Counted from the first letter of the stretch, positions 28,453 to 38,269 are shown. The stretch: DNA of 62,845 nt from Thermoanaerobaculia bacterium (GCA_035500755.1 DATJXB010000045.1:1-62845); one strand, 5' to 3'. Numbers and translations: made by a program. The notes: generated from the letters alone by a model not told the origin.

Positions 28453-31434
28453 ATGAAGAAGCTCTTCCTCGCCCTCCTCGTCGCTCTCGGCGCCGCCGCC
28501 GCCTCGGCGCAGACGCCCGTCATCAGCCCGTACTACGACTATTTCGGCAAGAACAAGATCGTCTACGACAAGTTCAACTGGAAGATCTACCACTCGACCC
28601 ACTTCGCGATCTATTTCTACGACCGCGACGAGGTCTCGCTGCAGAAGGTCGCCTCCTACGCCGAGAGCGCGTACGACGAGATCTCGCGCTCGCTCAACTT
28701 CCAGATCCCGAAGCCGATCAACATCATCTATTACTCGACGCACTCGGAGTTCGAGCAGACGAACACGCTCGACAGCTTCATCCCCGAAGGCATCGGCGCC
28801 TTCGCGCTGCCGACGCGCAACCGCATGGTGCTTCCGGTCGACCTGCCCGACGAGAAGCTCGAGAAGCTCATCGCCCACGAGCTGACGCACGTCTTCCAGT
28901 TCGAGATCTTCTTCGGCGGCAATTTCCTCCGCGCGTACTCGTCGAACACGCCGCAGTGGTTGACCGAGGGCATGGCCTCCTACTTCGGCAACGACGAGGA
29001 CAACAAGGACCAGATGGTCCTGCGCGACGCGGTCTTGAACGACCAGATCCCGGAGATCGCCGAGCGGCAGATCTACGGGTTCTTCGCGTATCGCTTCGGC
29101 CACGCCGTCTTCGACTTCATCGCGTCCGAATGGGGGCCCGACGGCGTGCGCGACTTCGTCTTCGACTACCGCGGGCAGCTCGGCCCGAACCTGAATCGCG
29201 TCCTGCAGCGCACCTTCGGCATTTCGTCGGAAGAGTTCGACGTGCGCTTCCGGCGGTTTCTCCGCAAGCGCTACATCAAGATCCTGACGGACACGGGAGA
29301 GCCGATCGACTTCGGCGACCGCGTCCGGCTGACCGAGGAAGGCGGCTCGGTCGAGCTCTCGGTCCGCGCGTTCCCGTCGGGCGACCTCGGCGCCGCGATC
29401 TCGACGCTCGGCAACGACGCCAACATCGTCGTCGTCTCCGCCCGTGATCGCAAGCTCTTCAAGAACCTGACCAAGGGCTACAAGACCGACTACGAGTACA
29501 TCGTCGCCCAGTGGTTGACGACGGGACCCGTCGGCGGCGTCGACCTCGCCGTCTCGCCCGACGGCAACTCGATCGCCGTCTTCGTCCGCCGCGAGCGCGG
29601 CCGCGAGCTGATGCTCTTGAATGCCCTCGACGGCCGCATCCAGCAGTTGATCCCGATGCCCGGGCTCGACCAGCAGTTGAACCCGGCCTTCTCCCCCGAC
29701 GGACGGACGGTCGCCTTCCGCGCGATCCAGAACGGCAAGTCGGACATCTTCGCCTACAACCTCGACTCCAAGCAGACGGCGAACCTGACCAACGACGACG
29801 CCTACGACTTCGCCCCGGCCTACGGACCCGACGGACAGTGGCTCTATTACTCGTCGGTCCAGGGCACGAAGGCCAAGATCTTCCGCATCAAGCCGGGCGT
29901 TTCGGGCTCGCGCGAGCAGATCACCTACGGCGACTGGAACGACGAAGACGCCTCGCTCTCGCCGGACGGCAAGACGCTCTACTACTCGTCGGACCGCATC
30001 AACGGGATCTACAACGTCTACGCCATCAACCTCGACAACGGGCAGACGAGCCTGTACACCAACGTCGTCGGCGGATGCTTCTCGCCGATCGTCCTGACGG
30101 GCCGCGACGGCACCGAGCGCCTCGTGTTCTCGGCGTACTACAAGCGCCGGTTCATGCTCTACGTGACCGACGCGAAGAAGCCGTACCACCAGCTCGCCGA
30201 GCTGAACCCGGCGCCCTCCCCGGCCGGGCCGACGACGATTCCGCCGTATCAGCCGCCGATCGAGGTCTCGATCGACCCGGAGAAGATCGACAAGAAGGCG
30301 AGCCGCAAGCTGATGCTCGAGGACGCCTCGATCAACGTGGGGCTTTCGGCCGACCAGGTGTTCCTGTCGAACACGATCCTGACGTTCGGCGACAACCTCG
30401 GCGACCGCCGCCTGATCTTCTCGCTGCAGTCCGTGTCGTCGTTCATCGACTACCAGGCGGCGTACATCGACCTGTCGCAGCGGCTCCAGAAGGGCGTGCA
30501 GGCGTACTACCAGAGCTACTACTACACGGTCTTCAACGAGACCAACGGCGAGATCCAGCGCGTCAACAACCCGTTCCGGTTCATCGGCGGCAGCGCCTTC
30601 GGCGCCTATCCCTTGAACCGCTACTACCGGGTCGAGGGCAGCGTCGGCTTCGTGTCGCGCAAGTACGACGCGTACCCGGTCTGGGTCAACGGGCCCGACG
30701 GCGCCGGAGGCATCGTGTCGCTCAACAGCGAGAACAACTTTCCGCTCTTCGGCGCGAAGCTGATCGGCGACACGGTCCAGTACCAGAGCTTCGGTCCGAT
30801 TTCGGGACGCGCCCTGTCGCTCGGCCTCGCCTACGCGCCGTTCACCGGCGGCACGGAGCTCCCCGGCACCACCGGCCCCACCCTCTCCTTCGACATGACG
30901 GCGGACCTGCGCCACTACTTCAAGCTCACGGAGCGGTCGCTGCTGGCCGCCCGGCTCTACGGCTTCCGCGCGACCGGCAAGCTCCCCGACGTGCTCGCCT
31001 TCGGCGGCCTCGACACGCTGCGGGCGTTCCCCTACTACGGGCTCGTCGGCAACTCGGCGGCATTCCTGAACCTGGAGCTGCGCATTCCGCTGATCGACTT
31101 CCTCGCCACACCGATCCTCGGCATCTCGGAGATCCGCGGCAAGGGATTCATCGACATCGGCGGCGCGGCCCTGAAGGACCAACCCTGGCGCTTCTGGTCG
31201 GACTACACGCTCTGCGGCGGCGGCGGCGTCCCCGGCTGCAACGGCTCGAGCGGCGGCCTCTCGGACTACGGCTTTGGCCTGTCGCTGAACTTCCTCGGGC
31301 TGCCGCTCCACTTCGACTTCGCGCGCCAGTGGAACTTCAAGCAGGCGCTGCCGGCGAGTCAGTGCCTCGCGCTCGGCCTCGAAACCAACTGCGGCAACTT
31401 CAAGTTCATCTTCTACATCGGGCCCGACTTCTAG
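28453..31434 (+). CDS. Outer-membrane multidomain protein: signal peptide + peptidase-MA-like (HExxH) domain + PD40/TolB-type beta-propeller repeats + C-terminal Omp85/surface-antigen-like beta-barrel
   Basis: 993 aa with signal MKKLFLALLVALGAAAASAQ. HELTH at aa 142-146 (nt 28876-28890), followed by WLTEGMASYFG. Repeated SPDG(k/r)t(l/v)(a/y)(f/y) PD40 blocks. Alternating-hydrophobic C-terminal third ends ...FKFIFYIGPDF, with terminal Phe as in an OMP beta-signal. Confidence 0.8.
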   Translation: MKKLFLALLVALGAAAASAQTPVISPYYDYFGKNKIVYDKFNWKIYHSTHFAIYFYDRDEVSLQKVASYAESAYDEISRSLNFQIPKPINIIYYSTHSEFEQTNTLDSFIPEGIGAFALPTRNRMVLPVDLPDEKLEKLIAHELTHVFQFEIFFGGNFLRAYSSNTPQWLTEGMASYFGNDEDNKDQMVLRDAVLNDQIPEIAERQIYGFFAYRFGHAVFDFIASEWGPDGVRDFVFDYRGQLGPNLNRVLQRTFGISSEEFDVRFRRFLRKRYIKILTDTGEPIDFGDRVRLTEEGGSVELSVRAFPSGDLGAAISTLGNDANIVVVSARDRKLFKNLTKGYKTDYEYIVAQWLTTGPVGGVDLAVSPDGNSIAVFVRRERGRELMLLNALDGRIQQLIPMPGLDQQLNPAFSPDGRTVAFRAIQNGKSDIFAYNLDSKQTANLTNDDAYDFAPAYGPDGQWLYYSSVQGTKAKIFRIKPGVSGSREQITYGDWNDEDASLSPDGKTLYYSSDRINGIYNVYAINLDNGQTSLYTNVVGGCFSPIVLTGRDGTERLVFSAYYKRRFMLYVTDAKKPYHQLAELNPAPSPAGPTTIPPYQPPIEVSIDPEKIDKKASRKLMLEDASINVGLSADQVFLSNTILTFGDNLGDRRLIFSLQSVSSFIDYQAAYIDLSQRLQKGVQAYYQSYYYTVFNETNGEIQRVNNPFRFIGGSAFGAYPLNRYYRVEGSVGFVSRKYDAYPVWVNGPDGAGGIVSLNSENNFPLFGAKLIGDTVQYQSFGPISGRALSLGLAYAPFTGGTELPGTTGPTLSFDMTADLRHYFKLTERSLLAARLYGFRATGKLPDVLAFGGLDTLRAFPYYGLVGNSAAFLNLELRIPLIDFLATPILGISEIRGKGFIDIGGAALKDQPWRFWSDYTLCGGGGVPGCNGSSGGLSDYGFGLSLNFLGLPLHFDFARQWNFKQALPASQCLALGLETNCGNFKFIFYIGPDF

Positions 31435-31513
31435 CAGGTTCCCTCTGCCGTCTCGAAAATCTCTTTCCGTCCGAGCGCTCGGCCCGTACGGGGGCTCCGC
31501 GCCCGGGTACCGG

Positions 31514-32221
31514 ATGACCTGCTTTCTGCTCGACGGCGAGACCGCCCTCGACGCCGGGTCGCTGACCGAGGCCCTCCCGATCGCCGCGCAGCGGCGCATT
31601 CGCCGCGTGGTCCTGACGCACGCGCACCTCGATCACGTCGCGTCGCTGCCGTTTCTGATCGAGAACCTGTACGGCCGGTCGGCGCCGCTCGAGGTCGTCG
31701 CGCCGCCGCAGGTCCTCGCCGCGCTGAAGCGCCACCTCTTCAACGACGTCGCGTGGCCGGACTTTACGAAACTGCCTTCCCGCGCGAGACCGACGCTGGC
31801 GTACCGAGCGGTCGCGCCAGGACGGCCGTTTCGCGCCGGCGGCATGACGCTCGTGCCGCTGCCCGTCGACCACCTCGTGCCGGCCTACGGCTACTTCGTC
31901 GGAAAGCCGGGCCGCTCGGTCCTCTTCTCCGGCGACACGATGCCGACCCGGGGGATCTGGAGCTGGGTGCGGCGGGCGCGCGATCTGAAGGCGATCTTCC
32001 TCGAGGTCTCGTTCTCGGACGCGCAGGCCGCGGTCGCGCGCGCCTCGTGCCACCTCACACCGCGCCTGCTGCCGGCCGAGCTCGCCAAAGCGCCGGCCGG
32101 TGTGCCCGTCTACCTGTACCACATGAAGCCGCCGTCGCTTTCCCGCATCCGGCGCGAGGTGCTCGCGCTCCGGGAGCCGCGCCTGCGCCTGCTCGACTCC
32201 GAGAAGTCGTTCCGGTTCTGA
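31514..32221 (+). CDS. Metallo-beta-lactamase-fold hydrolase, class-II 3',5'-cyclic-nucleotide phosphodiesterase-like
   Basis: 235 aa. THAHLDHVASLP closely resembles the class-II PDE signature HxHLDH. The upstream in-frame sequence (VRALGPYGGSAPGYR) looks like the missing first beta-strand but has no ATG/GTG/TTG, so the true start is uncertain. Confidence 0.7.
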   Translation: MTCFLLDGETALDAGSLTEALPIAAQRRIRRVVLTHAHLDHVASLPFLIENLYGRSAPLEVVAPPQVLAALKRHLFNDVAWPDFTKLPSRARPTLAYRAVAPGRPFRAGGMTLVPLPVDHLVPAYGYFVGKPGRSVLFSGDTMPTRGIWSWVRRARDLKAIFLEVSFSDAQAAVARASCHLTPRLLPAELAKAPAGVPVYLYHMKPPSLSRIRREVLALREPRLRLLDSEKSFRF

Positions 32222-32253
32222 TGCCCGGCTGGATCGGCACGAACGGTTTTCCA

Positions 32254-32263
32254 GGGGGGGGGG
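32254..32263. repeat. Homopolymer tract G x10
   Basis: Counted directly: ttttcca + 10 g + agacacc. Lies between ATG 32221 and the conserved body of the methyltransferase ORF. Confidence 0.95.
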
Positions 32264-32330
32264 AGACACCGAATCCGCGGCGCGATTCTGGGACGACAAC
32301 CGCAAGCGCTCCCTCGACCCCGAGTATTGG

Positions 32331-33188
32331 ATGGCCAACTCGCTTTGCCGGGCCGCCATCAACCGCCGAGTCTCGGGCAACCCGAGCGAATGGCCTCTCG
32401 ACTGGCTCCGGCGCGTTCACGTCCGCACTTCGTTTCGGCGCGCCGTATCCTGGGGCTGCGGACTCGGCGCGTTCGAGCGCTCGGCGCGCAAGCTAGACCT
32501 CGTCGAACGAATCGACGCCTTCGACATCTCCCAGGCATCGATCCGGGATGCGCGGCAACGGGCGGAAGACGACGGATTGACCGGCATCGTCTACGGGACC
32601 GGGGACTTCAATGACCCTCAGATTGCCCGCGAAGGCTACGACGTAGCCTTCTTTCACGCCTCGCTCCATCATGTCGCGGCACTCGAACGGATGTTTCGTC
32701 GACTTGCGATCCATCTCGATCACCCATCGGCCATCTACGTCGACGAATACGTCGGACCTTCGCGCTTTCACTGGACCGCGGAGAAGCTGACCACAGCGCA
32801 AGCGATGCTCGATCGCGTCCCGGATAACGGGAAGACCGCCACGCTGATACCCCCGCCAATCGAGCAGACTGACCCGTCCGAGGCCTATCGTTCCGACGAG
32901 ATTCCTTCGTTCCTCCGAACGTTCTGCGACATCGTTGCGTGGCGGCCCTACGGCGGCCAGATCGTGGACCTCGTCTTCCCCTTCCTGCGGCCGGACTGGG
33001 TCCATTCACAGGAAGGGTCCACCTTCGTCGCGGCGATGCTGGATGCCGAAGATCGCGAGCTCTCCGAGAATCCGGAATTGACGCACTACCTCGTCGCGTA
33101 TGGAAGCCTGAAAGCTCCCTGGCGATTGGTCACCCCGCTCGGCCGACAGGCCATCGCCGCGGTTCGTCGGCGCCTTCAGCGAAGCTGA
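32331..33188 (+). CDS. Class I SAM-dependent methyltransferase (N-terminus possibly truncated by a frameshift at the G10 tract)
   Basis: 285-aa ORF with motif I region VSWGCGLGAFERS...IDAFDIS. The region has lower GC than its flanks. In-frame sequence upstream of ATG 32331 (ESAARFWDDNRKRSLDPEYW) still looks coding. Confidence 0.75.
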   Translation: MANSLCRAAINRRVSGNPSEWPLDWLRRVHVRTSFRRAVSWGCGLGAFERSARKLDLVERIDAFDISQASIRDARQRAEDDGLTGIVYGTGDFNDPQIAREGYDVAFFHASLHHVAALERMFRRLAIHLDHPSAIYVDEYVGPSRFHWTAEKLTTAQAMLDRVPDNGKTATLIPPPIEQTDPSEAYRSDEIPSFLRTFCDIVAWRPYGGQIVDLVFPFLRPDWVHSQEGSTFVAAMLDAEDRELSENPELTHYLVAYGSLKAPWRLVTPLGRQAIAAVRRRLQRS

Positions 33189-33204
33189 CGCGCAGCGCGG
33201 CGCG

Positions 33205-34413
33205 TCAGAGCATCCGCGCCCAGGCGAGCAGGTCGACCGCGAGGTTCGCGGCGAAGCGGCCGCGGAGCGAATCGTTGCGGAGCAGGTCCTCGCGCGCGCC
33301 CGAAAGCGTCGCCTCGCGCACGAGAAAGCGGCGGCCGTCGCGCTCGAGCGCGCGAAAGGCCGAGCGGTGCTCGAGGCCTCCGGCGCGGCGGCGGACGCGG
33401 ACCTGCCGGCCCGCGGCGTCGGGCGAGACGTCCTCCTCGAGAACGGATTCGCCGCGCGCCTCGGCCGAGGCGGCGAGCGCGAGCCGGAAGCCGTCGGCGG
33501 TCGGGCCGAGGTCGCGGACCTCGGCGACCCCGGAGAGAAGCCGCCCGTATCCCTCGCGGGAGCCGATGGCCGCGAAGGCCCGGTCGACCGGAGCGTCCGT
33601 CTCGAGATACGCGGTCAGGAGCGCATCGGGCTGCGCCGGCCCGGGATCTCCGGCGAGCGCGAGCGCCCGGGAGAGGACCGGCTCCTCCACCCCGAAGAGC
33701 GTCGCGAGCGCCGCCGCCCGCGGGGCCGGCAGCGGCACCGTCAGGCGCGAGCAGCGGTCGTCGACCCGGGCCTGCCCGCGCGCAAAGGACAGGACGCGGT
33801 TGCCGAGGTCGCGGCGCAGCGACACCTCCTGCAGGAAGATCGCCCCTTCGCGGAACGTGTCGCGCCACGTGGCCTCAAACTCCTCGGGCGGCGCCGTCGA
33901 CGCGCCGATCCCGACGGAGCGGTTTCCTTCGGGGATGCCTCCCTCGAAGTGGACTTCGAAGCCCGACTCCCCCGCCTCGACGCGGAGATCCACGGTCGGC
34001 GTCTCGACGAGGCCCGCCTTCGCCGGAACGAGCGCCGGGAGCGGATAGCCGACGTCGGCGATCGTCTCGCCGCCGGGCGTCTCGACGAAGAGCGCCGCGT
34101 GGTCATTCATCTTCCGCACGCGACCCAGAACGCGCCGCGTCCGGAAACCGAGGTCGGTCAAGAGCGCGTCGAAGGCCGCGACGCGCGCGAAGCAGGTGCC
34201 GCCGGTCCCGAGGGCGAGGTGGTCCCGCCAGAAGACCTCCGGCCGCCGCGGCTTCTCCTCGGGGGCGGGAACGTCGGCGTGGCGCACGATCTTCGAGACG
34301 TTCTCGAAGGGGACCTTCGCGTTGAAGCGGGCAAAGAGCGCCTCGAGAAACCCCGCGCCCGGCTGGGCGCGCGAGAGATCGAGCGCCTCGAGGATCTCGT
34401 CGGCCGGGATCAA
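33205..34413 (-). CDS. Arylamine N-acetyltransferase (NAT)-like domain fused to a C-terminal domain of about 130 aa (SRPBCC-like?)
   Basis: 402 aa. NAT hallmarks VPFENV, the GGTCFA (Cys) block, the NDHAALFV (His) block and IADVGYP (Asp). The C-terminal extension has no motif I can name with confidence. Confidence 0.65.
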   Translation of the reverse strand: MIPADEILEALDLSRAQPGAGFLEALFARFNAKVPFENVSKIVRHADVPAPEEKPRRPEVFWRDHLALGTGGTCFARVAAFDALLTDLGFRTRRVLGRVRKMNDHAALFVETPGGETIADVGYPLPALVPAKAGLVETPTVDLRVEAGESGFEVHFEGGIPEGNRSVGIGASTAPPEEFEATWRDTFREGAIFLQEVSLRRDLGNRVLSFARGQARVDDRCSRLTVPLPAPRAAALATLFGVEEPVLSRALALAGDPGPAQPDALLTAYLETDAPVDRAFAAIGSREGYGRLLSGVAEVRDLGPTADGFRLALAASAEARGESVLEEDVSPDAAGRQVRVRRRAGGLEHRSAFRALERDGRRFLVREATLSGAREDLLRNDSLRGRFAANLAVDLLAWARML

Positions 34414-34417
34414 GGGA

Positions 34418-35167
34418 TCAGCGGCTCGAGAGACGCGCGACCATGTCCTTCAGGCGAAACCGCGCGTCCTCGCTGAACCAGAAGTCGAGGAACGGATCGT
34501 GATCGCGCGCCTGGTCGAACCGGGCGATCGCCGCCGCGCGGGAGCGCCGCTTGATCGCGGCGTACGCCGCGCCGGAGAGACCGGCGAGCACGCGGGCGCG
34601 CTCGACGGCGCGGTCGAGGAGCTCCTCCGCCGGCACGACCGCATCCACGAGGCCGATCGCGCGCGCCTGGTCGACCCCGAGGTTCTCGCCGGTCGCCGCC
34701 AGGCGTTCCATCTGCCGCGCGCCGACGACGTGCCGGAAAGGCTCCATGAGGCACTGCGGCACCGACACCCCGAGGACGACCTCGGACAGGCCGAGCTTGC
34801 CCTTGCCCTCGGCCGCGAGGCGTTCGTCGGCGCCCATGACCGCGATCAGGCCGCCGGCCACGGCGTGGCCGGGCAGCGCCGCGACGACCGGAGGGCCGAA
34901 GACGAAGACCTGGCGCACAAGTTCGCAGTAGGCCGCGACGAACTCCTCCATCGCGGGCCGTTCCGCGTCGACCAGGAGCCGGAGGTCCCATCCCGCCGAA
35001 AACATGCCCGGGACCGCGGACGTCAGCACCACCGCGCGGGCGCTCGTCTGCGCCGCGAGGGCGCTCGAGAGCTCCGCGACGAGCTCGGGCGAGAACGCGT
35101 TGGCCCGGGGACGGTCGAGGGAGAGGACCGCGATGCCGTCGCGGACGTCGGTCCGAACGAGGCTCAC
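34418..35167 (-). CDS. Enoyl-CoA hydratase/isomerase (crotonase) family protein
   Basis: 249 aa from GTG 35167, which overlaps the pdxT stop (GTGA). IAVLSLDRPRANAF, FSAGWDL and GHAVAGG oxyanion-hole blocks. Confidence 0.85.
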   Translation of the reverse strand: MSLVRTDVRDGIAVLSLDRPRANAFSPELVAELSSALAAQTSARAVVLTSAVPGMFSAGWDLRLLVDAERPAMEEFVAAYCELVRQVFVFGPPVVAALPGHAVAGGLIAVMGADERLAAEGKGKLGLSEVVLGVSVPQCLMEPFRHVVGARQMERLAATGENLGVDQARAIGLVDAVVPAEELLDRAVERARVLAGLSGAAYAAIKRRSRAAAIARFDQARDHDPFLDFWFSEDARFRLKDMVARLSSR

Positions 35168-35787
35168 GCGCTCCTGCGCTTTCGGGAGGCCGCCGAGAAC
35201 AGCAACCGGTGGAGGCGCCGGTCCCGCGTCAGCTCCGGGTGGAAGGTCGCGGCGACGACGTTGCCCTGGCGGACGAGGACGGGCTCGCCGCCGTGGCTTC
35301 CGAGGATCTCGACGCCCGGTCCGCACGCGCGGATCCGCGGCGCCCGGATGAAGACGGCGGGCATCGGCGCGCCGAGGCCCGGACAGTCGACCTCGGCGAT
35401 GAACGAGTCGACCTGGCGGCCATAGGCGTTGCGCTCGATCGACAGGTCGATCAACCCGAGCCCCCTCTGGGCGGGGCGCGTCACGTCGCGCGACAGGACG
35501 ATCGCGCCGGCGCAGGTGCCGAGGATCGGCTTCCCGCTTTCGGCGAACGCGCGAAAAGCCGCTTCCCAGGGCTCCGCCTCGAAGAACTTCCACAGCGTCG
35601 TCGACTCCCCTCCCGGGATCACGAGGCCGTCAGCGCCGGCGAGGTCGTGCGGACGCCTGGCCTCGAAGCTTTCCGCGCCGATCTCCTCGAGCGCCCGCCG
35701 ATGCGCCTCGAAGTCGCCCTGGAGCGCGAGAACGGCGACTCCCCCGCTTCCCGCCTCCTGCTTCCCGCTTCCCGACATCCTCACCAT
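35164..35787 (-). CDS. pdxT: Pyridoxal 5'-phosphate synthase glutaminase subunit PdxT
   Basis: [13 protein letters not shown], catalytic Cys in [10 protein letters not shown], and FHPE near the C-terminus. Start is ATG 35787 (overlapping the pdxS end) or ATG 35778. Confidence 0.9.
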   Translation of the reverse strand: MVRMSGSGKQEAGSGGVAVLALQGDFEAHRRALEEIGAESFEARRPHDLAGADGLVIPGGESTTLWKFFEAEPWEAAFRAFAESGKPILGTCAGAIVLSRDVTRPAQRGLGLIDLSIERNAYGRQVDSFIAEVDCPGLGAPMPAVFIRAPRIRACGPGVEILGSHGGEPVLVRQGNVVAATFHPELTRDRRLHRLLFSAASRKRRSA

Positions 35788-36665
35788 CCGCGGGTCTGAA
35801 GCTGAGCCTCTTCCGGCAGGCTCGCGGCCTCGATCCCCTTCATGCCCGAGCCGAGCGATTCCTCGGCCTCGAGAAGGGCCTGCGCGTCCTTCCAGTGCGT
35901 CGTCGCCTTGACGATCGCGCGGGCGCGGTTCTCCGGGTCGCCGGACTTGAAGATGCCCGAGCCGACGAAGATCGCCTCGGCACCGAGCTGCATGCACAGG
36001 GCCGCGTCGGCGGGCGTCGCCACGCCCCCGGCCGCGAAGTTCGGAACCGGGAGCCTGCCCTTCTCCGCCACCTCGACGACGAGCTCGTACGGCGCCTGGA
36101 GCCGCTTGGCCGCCGCCATCAGCTCGTCCTTCGAGAGCTGCGTGAGCATCCGCATCTCGCGGTGCACTTCGCGGAGGTGCTTGACCGCATGCACGATGTC
36201 GCCGGTGCCGGCCTCGCCCTTGGTCCGGATCAGCGCGGCGCCCTCGCCGATGCGGCGCAGGGCCTCGCCGAGGTTGCGGCAGCCGCAGACGAACGGCACC
36301 GTGAACTCGTGCTTGGAGACGTGGTTCTCCTCGTCGGCCGGCGTCAGGACCTCAGACTCGTCGATGAAGTCGACCTTGAGCGCCTCGAGCACGCGCGCCT
36401 CTGCGAGGTGCCCGATCCGACACTTGGCCATGACGGGAATCGACACCGCCTCCTGGATCTCGCGGATCTTGGAGACCGGCGACATGCGCGCCACTCCTCC
36501 GTCGCGCCGGATGTCGGCCGGCACGCGCTCGAGCGCCATCACCGCCGCGGCGCCCGCGGCTTCCGCGATCTTCGCCTGCTCCGCGTTGACGACGTCCATG
36601 ATGACGCCGCCCTTCAGCATCTCGGCGAGACCCACTTTCAGACGAAACTGTTCATTCATCAGCAT
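35781..36665 (-). CDS. pdxS: Pyridoxal 5'-phosphate synthase lyase subunit PdxS
   Basis: 294 aa from ATG 36665, with AGGAGG 9 nt upstream. [49 protein letters not shown] and C-terminal QTRGW. Confidence 0.95.
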   Translation of the reverse strand: MLMNEQFRLKVGLAEMLKGGVIMDVVNAEQAKIAEAAGAAAVMALERVPADIRRDGGVARMSPVSKIREIQEAVSIPVMAKCRIGHLAEARVLEALKVDFIDESEVLTPADEENHVSKHEFTVPFVCGCRNLGEALRRIGEGAALIRTKGEAGTGDIVHAVKHLREVHREMRMLTQLSKDELMAAAKRLQAPYELVVEVAEKGRLPVPNFAAGGVATPADAALCMQLGAEAIFVGSGIFKSGDPENRARAIVKATTHWKDAQALLEAEESLGSGMKGIEAASLPEEAQLQTRGW

Positions 36666-36697
36666 GGCTTCCTGCCTCCTGCCTCCCGCACTCTGCC

Positions 36698-38155
36698 TCA
36701 CACCACCGGCGCGGCGTGCGCGCCGCGCGCCGCCGACCGGACTTCGTTGACCGCCTGACCGAGCCGGGCGATGCCGGGCTCGATGTCCCGGCGCTCGACC
36801 CTGGAAACCGACAAACGCACGTTCGGCCGATCCTGTCCCTTCGGGTCGAAGTCCTGCCCCGGCGACACGACCACACCGCGGGCAGCCGCCGCTTCGGCGA
36901 CGTGCCGGCCGGAGAGCCCATCCGGCAGGTGGAGCCAGAAGAGCGGGTTCGAGCCCTCGCCGCCCCACCAGCGCGTTTCGGGCAGGTGCTCGGAAAGCGC
37001 CGCCGCGGCCGTCGCGGCGCGCTGGAGAACTTCTTCCGCCCGGCTGGCGCGAGCCTTCCGGTCGGCGCCGGCCTTGAGGAAGGCCGCCACCGCGGCCTGC
37101 AGCGGCACGGGCGTCTGGAAGTCGGTCGCCTTCTTCAGGCGGGCCAGGCGCTCGATGACGGGACGTGACGCGGCGATCCAGCCGATACGGAAGCCGGGCA
37201 CGAGATCCTTCGACAGCGTCCCGAGCCACACCGTCCGCTCGGGGTCCCGCGCCGCGAGCGGGAGGCGCCCGGGCTCGGGCTCTTCGAAGCCGTCCTCGAT
37301 CACGAGCGCGCCGGCCGAGGCTGCGGCCTCGAGCAGCGCCGCGCGGCGCTCCTCGCTCGAGGTCACGCCGGTCGGATTCTGGCGCTCGGGCATCACGTAC
37401 ACGAGCCGCGCGGAGCGTTGCAGGAGCGGCCGCGGATCGGGACCGTGCTCGTCGACCGGGAGCGGCAGCAGCGCCACGCCCGAGACGCGCGCGAGCGCAA
37501 GCGCTCCCGAATACGTCGGCGACTCGACGGCGACGACGTCGTCGGGATCGGTGAATGTCCGAAAGAGGAGATCGAGCCCCTGCTGCGCGCCGCTGACGAC
37601 GAGGATCTCGTCGGCGCTTCGGAGAATGCCGCTGTCGGCCAGCCGCCGGGAGATCTCGGTGCGCAATTCCTCGAGGCCGAGCGGGGGAGCGTACAGCCAG
37701 AGATCGCGGCGGCGGCTCCACGCGTACGCCACCGTTCGCGTGAACTCCTCGAGCGGGAAAAAGCGCTCGTCGGGCGCCAGCCGCGAGAAATCGGCGACGA
37801 CCGGGGAGTGGACCGGCAGGGGAGCCTCCTCCGGAAGGGCCCAGGCGCGGCGCGAGAGCAGGTCCTCGACGTGAAGGGCGCGGCGATGCCGGGCCGGACG
37901 GCCTCGGACGACGGTGCCGCTGCCGACCCGGCCCGACACGAGGCCTCGCTCCTGAAGGCGGCGGTAGGCCGCCTGCACGGTTCCGCGGTTGATGCCGAGG
38001 GCCGCCGCGAGCTCTCGCGTCGTCGGGAGCCGCGAATTCTGGTCGATGGCGCCGGCTTCGATGCCTCGCTCGATCGCCGAGGAAACCTGGTCGGCGAGCG
38101 GAAGTGCCCCGCTGCGATCGAGACTGATCTGGCTCAGATCCAATTGGCCCGCCAT
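36698..38155 (-). CDS. pdxR: MocR/PdxR-type regulator (GntR wHTH fused to aminotransferase-fold domain)
   Basis: 485 aa. N-terminal w[34 protein letters not shown]. Fold-type-I domain with PLP-Lys block [14 protein letters not shown]. Lies immediately upstream of pdxS; the symbol is assigned by context. Confidence 0.8.
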   Translation of the reverse strand: MAGQLDLSQISLDRSGALPLADQVSSAIERGIEAGAIDQNSRLPTTRELAAALGINRGTVQAAYRRLQERGLVSGRVGSGTVVRGRPARHRRALHVEDLLSRRAWALPEEAPLPVHSPVVADFSRLAPDERFFPLEEFTRTVAYAWSRRRDLWLYAPPLGLEELRTEISRRLADSGILRSADEILVVSGAQQGLDLLFRTFTDPDDVVAVESPTYSGALALARVSGVALLPLPVDEHGPDPRPLLQRSARLVYVMPERQNPTGVTSSEERRAALLEAAASAGALVIEDGFEEPEPGRLPLAARDPERTVWLGTLSKDLVPGFRIGWIAASRPVIERLARLKKATDFQTPVPLQAAVAAFLKAGADRKARASRAEEVLQRAATAAAALSEHLPETRWWGGEGSNPLFWLHLPDGLSGRHVAEAAAARGVVVSPGQDFDPKGQDRPNVRLSVSRVERRDIEPGIARLGQAVNEVRSAARGAHAAPVV

Positions 38156-38220
38156 CGAGCCAATTGTATCAGGAGCGGTCTCGAAGGCTACCCGGCTCCT
38201 GACGGCAGTAGTCTTAAGAG

Positions 38221-38250
38221 ATTAAATGAAGCAGATTCAATTAATTACAA
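38221..38250 (-). promoter_or_regulatory. Candidate pdxR promoter/operator in an AT-rich island
   Basis: Imperfect inverted repeat ATTAAATGAA(38221-38230)-gcaga-TTCAATTAAT(38236-38245), 9 of 10 positions complementary. On the minus strand: TTGTAA (complement of 38245-38250), an 18-nt spacer, then TTTAAT (complement of 38221-38226). About 65 nt upstream of the pdxR ATG. Confidence 0.35.
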
Positions 38251-38269
38251 GTAAAACTACAGTTGAAAT

